Positions 1 through 8,249 of a DNA stretch of 64,000 nt are shown here, piece after piece (positions within the stretch are counted from its first letter, which is position 1; the number at the start of each line of letters is the position of its first letter). The translations under genes and the position numbers were made by a program. Under the pieces are notes generated by a model that was not told where the DNA came from, did no database searches, and saw only the letters and a program-made list of their open reading frames with translations. Source of the DNA: Gloeobacterales cyanobacterium (GTDB taxonomy: Bacteria > Cyanobacteriota > Cyanobacteriia > Gloeobacterales > PMM-0068); assembly GCA_038245785.1 (NCBI GenBank), contig JBBRSB010000018.1:24616-88615 (forward strand), read 5' to 3'.

Positions 1-654
1 ACCACGGTCCAAGGTGTCCTTGAGAAAAGGAGGATAGCCGAGGAGGACCACTTGCTCATAAGCGGGGCCTAGTTCCTGCACCACCCGAAGAATCTCAACT
101 TGGTTGTTGCCAGGAGTAATCACGGTAATTGGATAACCTTTGCTCGCCAGCCAACGGCAGCAGTTGGTCGTAAACATCCCACCTACCCAAGTGCCCAAGG
201 TGAAACAAATCACGGCCAAGGTGCGGCGCTGATCCGCCCCAAAGCTATCCCGAAATATCTGTTCAAACCGAGTAGCAATATGCAGTTCATCGGTCAAAAA
301 ACGGGGCCAAAAGGTTGGCTTTCCTGTGGAACCTGAGGAGGCGGCAATCATATCGCACTGTTCCAGTTGCCCATTGCGGCAGAGGTTGGAGAGTGGGTGC
401 TGAAGTATATAATTCCGCTTGGTGATCAGGGGCAGTTTCTGGAAATCTTCTAATGTTTGAACGGAAGTCGGGTTTAGATTATGTTCTTGCAAAAAAGTTT
501 GATAGGCCGGAACCGTAGTAGCGACCCTATGAAAAAGATCGAGCACAGCAGACTCTGCCTTTGTTGCTGCTGAAAGAGAAAGTAATTCTTCCAATGGAGT
601 GGCTAGAAAATTCTGTACTGCCTCAAGTGCTTGGTTCCGCCGTTCTTCGAGCAT
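1..654 (-). CDS. Phenylacetate-CoA ligase family (AMP-binding) protein, 5' part; runs off the window start
   Basis: Minus-strand frame from ATG at 654 reads MLEERRNQ...VPAYQTFL...FQKLPLITK...SSGSTGKPTFWPR...GYPPFLKD, with the adenylate-forming P-loop SSGSTGKP. Not in the ORF track because it is truncated. Confidence 0.8.
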   Translation of the reverse strand, partial: MLEERRNQALEAVQNFLATPLEELLSLSAATKAESAVLDLFHRVATTVPAYQTFLQEHNLNPTSVQTLEDFQKLPLITKRNYILQHPLSNLCRNGQLEQCDMIAASSGSTGKPTFWPRFLTDELHIATRFEQIFRDSFGADQRRTLAVICFTLGTWVGGMFTTNCCRWLASKGYPITVITPGNNQVEILRVVQELGPAYEQVVLLGYPPFLKDTLDRG

Positions 655-785
655 AGGGCTACCTAATCTACACAACCGTCAGCTCTATTTTCAAACTTTT
701 TTAGAATTTGGCGAAGGTTAGTCAGCCCGATTGATACGCTGAGGAGCAGGGGATGGATGATTAGAGAGCCGCAGGAGTAAAGGAA

Positions 786-2771
786 ATGGCAGACCAGCCG
801 ATCAAAATCTTATTGGTTGAAGATAATCCTGGAGATGTCCGTTTACTGCAGGAACTCTTAGAAGAGGTCGCTAATGCTCCATTCCTATTGACTGTAGTGG
901 AGCGGCTAGAGGGAGCACTTCACTATTTAGCAAAAGAACAGGTAGACCTTATTCTCTTGGATCTTTCCTTGCCAGACAGTCAGGGGCTAGAAACTTTTAC
1001 CAAGATCCATGATCATGCCGTTGCCATTCCAATCGTAGTACTTACAGGACTAGATCATGAAACCCTGACCAAACAAGTAATACAGGCAGGAGCTCAGGAT
1101 TATCTGGTCAAAGGGCAGGTGGATGGACCTTTGTTGGTGCGCTCTATGCGCTATGCCATCGAACGTAAACGGACAGAAGAGACCTTACGCAGAGTGAATG
1201 ATGAGCTGGAATTGAGAGTGGCAGAGCGAACTGCTGAACTTATTAATATCAACAGCCAGCTAGAACTGGAACTTGAAGAGCGAAAGCAAATAGAAGAGTC
1301 TCTCAGAGTTTCCCAAACTCGCTTTGCAGGCATCCTGGAAATTGCCAATGATGCCATTATTTCTGTGGATACGCATCAACGTATTACCTTATTTAATCAA
1401 GGGGCCGAAAAGATTTTTGGCTATTCTACCCAAGAAGTTTTAGGTCAACCCCTTAACTTGCTTTTGCCAGGACGGTTTGCCAGCGCTCATCGCCAACACG
1501 TCGTTGACTTTACCCATACTCCTGGGAAGGCCCGGAAAATGGGTGAGCGACAGGAGATTTTTGGCCGTCGTAAGGATGGAACCGAATTTCCGGCAGAAGC
1601 CTCGATTTCAAGGCTGGAAGTCGGAGGTGAACAGGTCTTTACGGCAATTTTGAGAGACATTAGTGACCGTAAGCAGGCAGAAGAAGCGCTAGAACAGCTC
1701 GGTCGTCAGAATGAACTGATTTTGACTTCCGTGGGGGAAGGGCTCTGCGGGGTGGACCTACAGGGAAAGACTACCTTTGTGAATCCAGCCGCCGCCAAAC
1801 TCTTGGGATACTCCGTGGAAGAGCTACTGGGTCAGTCGATAGAAGTCCTACTTCCTCCCTATAAAACAGACGGAACAGCCTATGATCTGACCTCATCACC
1901 CCTTTATGCCGCTCTGCGCAGAGGTCTGATTCATCAGGGCATGGATGAAATATTTCAGCGCAAAAATGGTTCTATTTTTCCAGTTGAATATATCTGTACA
2001 CCGATTCGAGAGCAGAAAGAGATTGTAGGCGTCGTTATTGCTTTTAAAGATATTACCGAACGGCAAATGGTCGAGCGCATGAAGGACGAGTTCGTCTCAG
2101 TAGTAAGCCATGAACTGCGAACGCCCTTAACCTCTATCCATGGGGCCTTAAGAATGCTTGCCAGCGGTTTGCTGAATAACCAACCGGAAAAGGGGAAGCG
2201 TCTACTAGAGATTGCGGTAGATAGTACAGACCGTTTAGCGCGCTTGATCAACGACATTTTGGATGTGGAACGCATCGAGTCAGGCAAAGTGACCATGAAT
2301 AAAAAAGTCTGCTACACGACTGACTTGATGGATCGGGCGGCAGATGTCATGCAAGCGATGGCAGAGAAAGGAGGTGTCACCCTATCGGCTTCTGCGGTAT
2401 CTGTTCCTCTATGGGTAGACCCAGACCGGATTATGCAGACCTTGACCAATCTACTCAGTAACGCGATTAAATTCTCTCCCCGAGGGGCGACCGTTTGGCT
2501 AAAAGCCGAGGAACAAGGCGAACATGTTCTGTTTCAGGTCAAAGATCAAGGCCGAGGGATTCCTCAAGATAAACTCGAATCTATTTTTGAGCGTTTCCAA
2601 CAGGTGGATACTTCTGATGCGCGTAACCATGAAGGTACAGGGTTAGGTTTAGCCATTTGCCGGAGTATCGTTCAGCAGCATGACGGCCAGATTTGGGTTG
2701 AAAGTACCCTTGGAGAAGGGAGCACATTTTACTTCACCCTCCCTCTAGCGCGTCCGAGAGGCAAGAAATGA
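786..2771 (+). CDS. Hybrid sensor histidine kinase (REC-coiled coil-PAS-PAS-HisKA-HATPase)
   Basis: N-terminal receiver (LLVEDNPGD, LLDLSLPD), two PAS domains, H-box SHELRTPL, N-box NLLSNAIKF, G-box GTGLGLAI. Confidence 0.95.
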   Translation: MADQPIKILLVEDNPGDVRLLQELLEEVANAPFLLTVVERLEGALHYLAKEQVDLILLDLSLPDSQGLETFTKIHDHAVAIPIVVLTGLDHETLTKQVIQAGAQDYLVKGQVDGPLLVRSMRYAIERKRTEETLRRVNDELELRVAERTAELININSQLELELEERKQIEESLRVSQTRFAGILEIANDAIISVDTHQRITLFNQGAEKIFGYSTQEVLGQPLNLLLPGRFASAHRQHVVDFTHTPGKARKMGERQEIFGRRKDGTEFPAEASISRLEVGGEQVFTAILRDISDRKQAEEALEQLGRQNELILTSVGEGLCGVDLQGKTTFVNPAAAKLLGYSVEELLGQSIEVLLPPYKTDGTAYDLTSSPLYAALRRGLIHQGMDEIFQRKNGSIFPVEYICTPIREQKEIVGVVIAFKDITERQMVERMKDEFVSVVSHELRTPLTSIHGALRMLASGLLNNQPEKGKRLLEIAVDSTDRLARLINDILDVERIESGKVTMNKKVCYTTDLMDRAADVMQAMAEKGGVTLSASAVSVPLWVDPDRIMQTLTNLLSNAIKFSPRGATVWLKAEEQGEHVLFQVKDQGRGIPQDKLESIFERFQQVDTSDARNHEGTGLGLAICRSIVQQHDGQIWVESTLGEGSTFYFTLPLARPRGKK

Positions 2772-3136
2772 AACGCATTCTGGTCATTGATAACGAGCCC
2801 TATATCCAAGAAGTGACTCAAATTAGCCTGGAAACTGTAGCGGGTTGGGAGGTTCTAACGGCTGGGTCGGGCCAGGAAGGATTAGTCGTGGCAGAACGGG
2901 AGCAGCCAGACGCCATTCTTTTAGATGTGATGATGCCTGATATGGACGGACCGACCACCTTTCAACAGCTGCAGAAGAATCCTCAGACCTGCCAGATCCC
3001 GGTGATTCTATTGACGGCTAAGGTTCAGGACTCCGACCGCCGCCGCTACCAAGAAATGGGCATGACGGCCACTATTGCAAAGCCTTTCGATCCTCTGCAA
3101 CTAGCCAATCAGGTGGCAGAAGCCTTGGGTTGGTAA
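2768..3136 (+). CDS. Single-domain response regulator (CheY/RcaF-like)
   Basis: 122-aa receiver, LLDVMMPDMDG, KPFDP; ATGA overlap with the kinase. Confidence 0.95.
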   Translation: MKRILVIDNEPYIQEVTQISLETVAGWEVLTAGSGQEGLVVAEREQPDAILLDVMMPDMDGPTTFQQLQKNPQTCQIPVILLTAKVQDSDRRRYQEMGMTATIAKPFDPLQLANQVAEALGW

Positions 3137-3169
3137 CCTCACAAGTTCCTCAAATTGTTTGTTTATCCT
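3137..3169 (+). promoter_or_regulatory. Direct-repeat box copy 1 (CCTCA-caagtt-CCTCA) + N11 + -10 element TATCCT, upstream of hsp20
   Basis: cctcacaagttcctca at 3137-3152; TATCCT at 3164-3169; same spacing as four other copies. Confidence 0.75.
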
Positions 3170-3237
3170 CAGAGTAGAGTTCATTGGGTTCTATACAGAA
3201 CCGATGACTCCTCTGCACTCCAAGGAGGTAAATCCTC

Positions 3238-3906
3238 ATGTCATTAATTCGTTGGCAGCCTTTTCATGAATTAGATAATTTACGAAATCAAATGAATCAT
3301 TTGTTTGAGGAGCTTGTCCATGGCGAACGTGAGATTCCATTCTTTCCTAAAGGTGAGATTGTTTGGTCTCCTGCTGTTGAACTAAAAGAAACAGAAACGG
3401 AAGTGATCCTGAAAGCTCAAATCCCTGGCATTGATGCCAAAGATCTCAATGTGGAAGTGAGCCAGGAATCTGTTTCAATTGCGGGAGAGCATCGAGAAGA
3501 GAAAAAGTCAGAAGAGAAAGGCTTTTTCCGTTCTGAATTCCGTTATGGGAAGTTTGAACGCTTAGTTCCATTGCCTGCCCCTATTAAAACAGACCAGATC
3601 CAGTCTGAATTCAAAAATGGTCTCTTGACCTTGACTATGCCGAAAATGGCACAAGCTGATCGGAAAGTAGTGAAAGTCAATCTAACGGAAGACACTCGAA
3701 AAGTTGCGACTGAAGCACGTCAGTATCAAGAACATCTGCAAGACACGATGACTAGCCGTTTGGCAGGAGATATAGATGCCCAACAAGCGTCTGACATTCA
3801 GCAAACCGCTAGAGAATTAGCGACGGAACAACATCAACAAGAAGGGCAAGTTCAGAAGAATATGCTGGAGCGCTCGGAAGAGAATCTAGCGAGTACTTCT
3901 TCTTAG
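3238..3906 (+). CDS. Hsp20/alpha-crystallin small heat-shock protein with ~70-aa C-terminal extension
   Basis: MSLIRWQPF..., SEFRYGKFER, FKNGLLTL, VKVNL; RBS AAGGAGG. Confidence 0.92.
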   Translation: MSLIRWQPFHELDNLRNQMNHLFEELVHGEREIPFFPKGEIVWSPAVELKETETEVILKAQIPGIDAKDLNVEVSQESVSIAGEHREEKKSEEKGFFRSEFRYGKFERLVPLPAPIKTDQIQSEFKNGLLTLTMPKMAQADRKVVKVNLTEDTRKVATEARQYQEHLQDTMTSRLAGDIDAQQASDIQQTARELATEQHQQEGQVQKNMLERSEENLASTSS

Positions 3907-3935
3907 AGAAAGGAGCCCCTGCTCTTTCTCTAAGA
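3901..3935 (+). terminator. Stem-loop at the hsp20 stop, probable terminator
   Basis: tcttagagaaa-g-gagc-ccct-gctc-tttctctaaga inverted repeat. Confidence 0.55.
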
Positions 3936-4174
3936 AGAGTAGTAAAAGGGTAGGGGCCGTTTATTTTAACTTTGAGGATTCACTATGTTGCCACAATATG
4001 ATCCTATTAAGCTTAAATTCCCCCTTGGGAAATACCTTTTTCAATTGCGCAGTAATTCTAGAATATGGAGTCCGATGGCATTTTGGTTTAAGTACAGAGT
4101 TGAACTCTTTGAAAAATGTTTGGCTCTGAACGCTTTGGAAGGAAAATATTAGATAGCCTCTAAAGGAGGCGAGT

Positions 4175-4582
4175 GTGGAGACTATCAGGAAGATAAATAA
4201 TGAACTGGCTATTGCTGGTAAAATCGGGCCAGAACAGCTTAAGCAGATTGCCCAGGAGGGTTTTAAATCTGTACTCAACTTGCAGATTCCAGAGGAAAAA
4301 GGCTTCCTGATCAATGAACAGCAGCAGGCTGAAGACTTAGGCTTGAAATATGTTCATATGCCTATTGCTCTTGAGGCTATTAATCATAATGAGATTACAG
4401 CTCAAGTCCTTCAGAAAATCGCAGAGCTAGCTAAACCTGTCTTAGTTCATTGCAGTAGTGATGTGCGGGCCGCTGCTATAGTTTTGATCTATATCTCTAC
4501 CCGCCAGGGAGTGCCCCTAGATAAGGCTTTTCAACAAGCAGAAAAACTGGGTTTATTTAGAGGATTAAGCCATATCTCCTAA
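4175..4582 (+). CDS. DUF442 / beta-lactamase-hydrolase-like phosphatase-fold (sulfur-transferase-like) protein
   Basis: GFKSVLNL and KPVLVHCSSDVRA (CX4R loop); GTG start with AAGGAGG. Confidence 0.8.
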   Translation: METIRKINNELAIAGKIGPEQLKQIAQEGFKSVLNLQIPEEKGFLINEQQQAEDLGLKYVHMPIALEAINHNEITAQVLQKIAELAKPVLVHCSSDVRAAAIVLIYISTRQGVPLDKAFQQAEKLGLFRGLSHIS

Positions 4583-4637
4583 TAGATATATTTGAGTCAT
4601 TTTTAATGCTAGATCAACTATAAGGAGGCGATAGATA

Positions 4638-5249
4638 ATGAGTATAGGTCAAAAAGTAGTTGGCATCGTCGGCAGTTATCGAAAAAATGGCATTATTGAC
4701 TCTGTTGTGACAGAGATTCTTGCAGAGGCTGAGCAGCAAGGTGCAGAAACCAAAAAGATTTACCTCCAGGACCAACATATTGAATTTTGTACCAACTGCC
4801 GTGTATGTCTTCAAGAACCAGGCTTGGAGAGAGGTCATTGTGTCCTAAAAGACGATATGGAAAATGTTTTGAAAGAAATTGAAAGTGCTGATTCTCTTGT
4901 CATTGGAGCACCCGTAAATTTTGGAAATATTAATGCACTGACAAGACAGTTCTTAGAAAGGTGCGTAGTTTACGGCTATTGGCCGTGGAATGCAGCAAGT
5001 CCCAAGATCAGGAATCCAAAGATGCGCAAAAAAGCGGTTCTCGTTTCATCCAGTGCTGCCCCTGCTTGGATGGGAAGGTTCCTGACAGGAGCACTCGGTG
5101 CTTTGAAAGACTTAGCTAAGATGCTGGGAGCAAAAACTATTGGGGTTATCTGGGTTAGTTTGGTGAACTCAAAAGAGGTGAAGCTCTCTGACAAGATTAA
5201 ACAAAAAGCGAAGCGATTAGGTCGGTCTCTGGTACTTGAGCCTCTTTAA
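4638..5249 (+). CDS. Flavodoxin family / iron-sulfur flavoprotein (NADPH-dependent FMN reductase fold)
   Basis: GSYRKNG FMN loop, CTNCRVC...C cluster motif, GAPVNFG. Confidence 0.88.
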   Translation: MSIGQKVVGIVGSYRKNGIIDSVVTEILAEAEQQGAETKKIYLQDQHIEFCTNCRVCLQEPGLERGHCVLKDDMENVLKEIESADSLVIGAPVNFGNINALTRQFLERCVVYGYWPWNAASPKIRNPKMRKKAVLVSSSAAPAWMGRFLTGALGALKDLAKMLGAKTIGVIWVSLVNSKEVKLSDKIKQKAKRLGRSLVLEPL

Positions 5250-5280
5250 CTCAATGAAAACTACTGGAGGACGCTCTGGA

Positions 5281-5367
5281 CGATTCATTTCCGGAAGAGT
5301 TATTTCAGGAACTTGGACACAGAGAGGGATTCAAGCTTGAGCTTATTATTTCCATGGGGCATACAAC
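5281..5367 (+). pseudogene. 87-bp diverged partial copy of the cupin gene at 6231-6563
   Basis: Colinear with 6269-6355; translates DSFPEELFQELGHREGFKLELIISMGHT versus DSLPEELFQELRYGKGFKLERIISMGHA. Confidence 0.85.
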
Positions 5368-5433
5368 GGTGGGCAGGAGACGTTGGGCTGTGACAAGATT
5401 GTGGTGCAGGCGGCATGGAAAAAATGAGGATTA

Positions 5434-5685
5434 ATGATGTCAACACCTACTGAACATTTATTGTCACGGATTGCGTTTGACCAGAAGGTTCTAGCAGGTG
5501 AGCCAATCATTCGAGGACTGAGGATTTCGGTGGCGATGATTTTAGAGCTGCTGGCGAAGGGAGCAACGGTACAAGAAATTCTAGAAGATTATCCAGATTT
5601 AGAAATGGACGATATTCACGCGGCGTTGCAATGGAGAATTAAGGACAGAAAATTATCAATTATGGAGGATAACGAGAATCAATAA
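5434..5685 (+). CDS. DUF433 family antitoxin-like protein (C-terminus looks rearranged; no DUF5615 partner)
   Basis: RIAFDQKVLAGEPIIRGLRISVAMILELLAKG...EILEDYPDL. Confidence 0.8.
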   Translation: MMSTPTEHLLSRIAFDQKVLAGEPIIRGLRISVAMILELLAKGATVQEILEDYPDLEMDDIHAALQWRIKDRKLSIMEDNENQ

Positions 5686-5689
5686 TGAT

Positions 5690-5908
5690 GTGATCGAATA
5701 TCTGACGGATACTCAAGGAAACCTTAGCACAGTTGTGATTCCTATTGCCTTTTGGCGACAGATCTTTCCTGAGAATGTCAGTTCTATGGAAGGTGCGGTT
5801 GAAGGTATTGAGGATTATTGCCTTAGTCGAGCCATGGATGAAGCTACGCAGACCTCTCTTCTAGGGCGTGATGAGGCGCTAGCATTTTTGGCCGAGGAAT
5901 CTGATTGA
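5690..5908 (+). CDS. Putative type II antitoxin
   Basis: IEYLTD..G...VVIPI, IEDYCLSRAMDE; overlaps the downstream RelE-like gene. Confidence 0.65.
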   Translation: MIEYLTDTQGNLSTVVIPIAFWRQIFPENVSSMEGAVEGIEDYCLSRAMDEATQTSLLGRDEALAFLAEESD

Positions 5909-6167
5909 AAGTTGAGCATCGACAGTTGTTCTTAAAGGACTTGAAGAAACTTATAAAGCAGCCCATTTATCAGCAGGTGCATGATCTGGCTTTTTCTACT
6001 CTACCAAATATAGACTCTCTTCAAGATTTACCCAATGTTAAAGCTCTTGTGGGAAGTGCTAATCATTATCGTATTCGGATTATCTTATAGGGATTGAGAT
6101 AAATGGAGATGCTTTGGAGTTATCTCGTGTTCTCCATCGCAGCGAATTCTATCGTTATTTTCCTTGA
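5905..6167 (+). pseudogene. RelE/ParE family toxin, frameshifted near 6078
   Basis: FLKDLKKL...YRIRI in one frame continues as DYLIGIEINGDALELSRVLHRSEFYRYFP* in another; the expected YRIRIGDYRIG is broken by a small deletion. Confidence 0.8.
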
Positions 6168-6230
6168 TCATCAATTATTAATGCTGACGAGAAACTGGGG
6201 ACATAACCAACCACTGAAATAGGCAAAACT

Positions 6231-6563
6231 ATGACAGATGCTTGCGGAAATATATTTGCACATCTCCCCGATTCGTTGCCAGAGGAATTATTTCAAGAAC
6301 TTAGGTACGGAAAGGGATTTAAGCTTGAGCGCATTATTTCCATGGGGCATGCAACCCCAGCCGACCAATGGTATGACCAAGAGCAGCATGAATGGGTAAT
6401 GTTGCTTTCCGGCTCGGCAGGTCTGCGTTTTGAAGGGGAAGAGAATGTACAAGAGTTGCGTCCTGGCGACTTTGTAGATATCCCCGCTCATAAGCGTCAC
6501 AGGGTGGAATGGACAGACCCAAAAGAAAAAACTATTTGGCTGGCTCTTCACTATGCGATGTGA
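6231..6563 (+). CDS. Cupin domain protein
   Basis: WYDQEQHEWVMLLSG and LRPGDFVDIPAHKRHRVEWT cupin motifs. Confidence 0.9.
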   Translation: MTDACGNIFAHLPDSLPEELFQELRYGKGFKLERIISMGHATPADQWYDQEQHEWVMLLSGSAGLRFEGEENVQELRPGDFVDIPAHKRHRVEWTDPKEKTIWLALHYAM

Positions 6564-6580
6564 GACAAGAGTACTGCTTA

Positions 6581-6613
6581 CTTCACAAGTTCCTCATTTT
6601 TGGCCTCTATTCT
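6581..6613 (+). promoter_or_regulatory. Direct-repeat box copy 2 (CTTCA-caagtt-CCTCA) + N11 + -10 element TATTCT, upstream of the sigma factor
   Basis: cttcacaagttcctca at 6581-6596; TATTCT at 6608-6613. Confidence 0.75.
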
Positions 6614-6667
6614 AGCTTCTAGGAGCAGATGAATAAAATGCAACGCTGATGGCAGAGGAAGAAGCAT

Positions 6668-7543
6668 ATGGAAAAGAAAGACTCTGTAGGACTTTACTTA
6701 AGAGAAATTGGCAGGATTCCCCTGCTGAAGCCAGAAGAGGAAGTGGCGTTAGCTCGCCAAATTGCCGGGGGAGGACCGAGAGCGGACCGAGCCAAAAGTA
6801 AATTAGTTCAGGCAAATCTGCGTTTGGTAGTTTCGATTGCCAAGAAATATCTTAATCGGGGAGTGCCTCTGATGGACCTTGTGCAAGAGGGTTCTATCGG
6901 GCTAATACGCGCTGCCGAGAAATTTGAATATGAGCGCGGATTTAAGTTCTCCACCTATGCCTATTGGTGGATTCGTCAAGCGATTACCCGTGCGGTGGCC
7001 TCTCAATCGCGCACCGTCCGCCTGCCTGTCCACATGGTTGAAAAGATTAATCGAGTCAAAAAAATTCGCCGACAACTCGCTCAGGAACTTGGCCGCACAC
7101 CCATTGCAGAAGAAATAGCCCAGGCGCTAGAAATTGATGTCGAAGAACTAGGGGATATTACTCGTGCTTCTCGTAGGACTATCTCTCTGAATGTGAGCGT
7201 AGGTAAGGAAGAAGATACAGAGTTGATCCAGTTGATTGAAGACCATGAAGTCCTTCCTCCTGAAGAGCATCTAGATCACGAAGCACTTTGTTCAGAAGTC
7301 TATGAACTCCTCCATCGCCATCTCACTCCTCGGGAGCGAGACATTTTGGTGTTGCGTTTTGGCCTACTAGATGGGCAACGCCATACGCTAGACCAAGTAG
7401 GCCAGACTTTTGGCCTTTCTCGGGAGCGGATTCGACAGCTCCAAGCTAAAGCCTTCCGTAAACTTCGTCGCACGCGTAGTCGTCAGCGTCTCTATGAGTG
7501 GATTAACCCAGTCGCCCTTGAGGAATCAGCTTTTTCAGGCTAG
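6668..7543 (+). CDS. Group 2 sigma-70 factor (RpoD/SigA family, short)
   Basis: DSVGLYLREIGRIPLL, ANLRLVVSIAKKY, GFKFSTYAYWWIRQAITRA, SRERIRQ. Confidence 0.95.
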   Translation: MEKKDSVGLYLREIGRIPLLKPEEEVALARQIAGGGPRADRAKSKLVQANLRLVVSIAKKYLNRGVPLMDLVQEGSIGLIRAAEKFEYERGFKFSTYAYWWIRQAITRAVASQSRTVRLPVHMVEKINRVKKIRRQLAQELGRTPIAEEIAQALEIDVEELGDITRASRRTISLNVSVGKEEDTELIQLIEDHEVLPPEEHLDHEALCSEVYELLHRHLTPRERDILVLRFGLLDGQRHTLDQVGQTFGLSRERIRQLQAKAFRKLRRTRSRQRLYEWINPVALEESAFSG

Positions 7544-8249
7544 GAAAACAAGCTTTTTCCTGCGACAAAGAAGAAAGGCTAATTATACAAATTCCTATGC
7601 TTTGGTTATGAGCAGTCGCTGTATAGGTCCTGATTATCTCTGTAGAATTTGTTCACGGGGCGTTGCAGACGTTATTTCTCTCACCTGCTATAGGCGATTT
7701 TCAGGCACATCAAGTTAGTGTTTTTACTGCGTTGCTGTTCATTTTGTTTACTGCATGGCGCACTCAAGATTCTTCTGACGTTTGGCGGAACCTAAAGAAC
7801 TAATTATAGCTAATTTCCGAGTATTAGCGCTGATGCAATGAGATAGACTATCTCATGACCCACTGGAAGTTTTTTGCTGACGAGTAATTGATTTTGGCTG
7901 TCATCTGTTTATACGAATATTAACTGCAACTAACTTACAATACTAATTACTAGCTTGGATTGTGGGTGATTCATATATGCTTTCAATGAGAAAATAAAAA
8001 CATAGCTATGTATCGCACTATACACGCCAAATAGATTTATTAATGGTTGAGTATAAAACGAACTAGTGATGCTAACGCACTTTCTAAAGTTAGAATCAAG
8101 GAAAAGCGATCCTCACGTTATGAACCGCACCTATATGGAGAGTTTCAGTAGTTATTAATGACTAAACAGAGCTAATTTGCCTATCACATGTGTGTTTTAA
8201 CTTTGCCCGAACACTTGATTTCCTACGCTTAAGTTGTGAGCAGAAAGTC

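Noticed and set aside
100..336. 78-aa plus-strand ORF
   Set aside because: Shadow of the minus-strand phenylacetate-CoA ligase family gene.
3961..4314. 117-aa minus-strand ORF
   Set aside because: Overlaps the DUF442 gene antisense and has no recognisable features.
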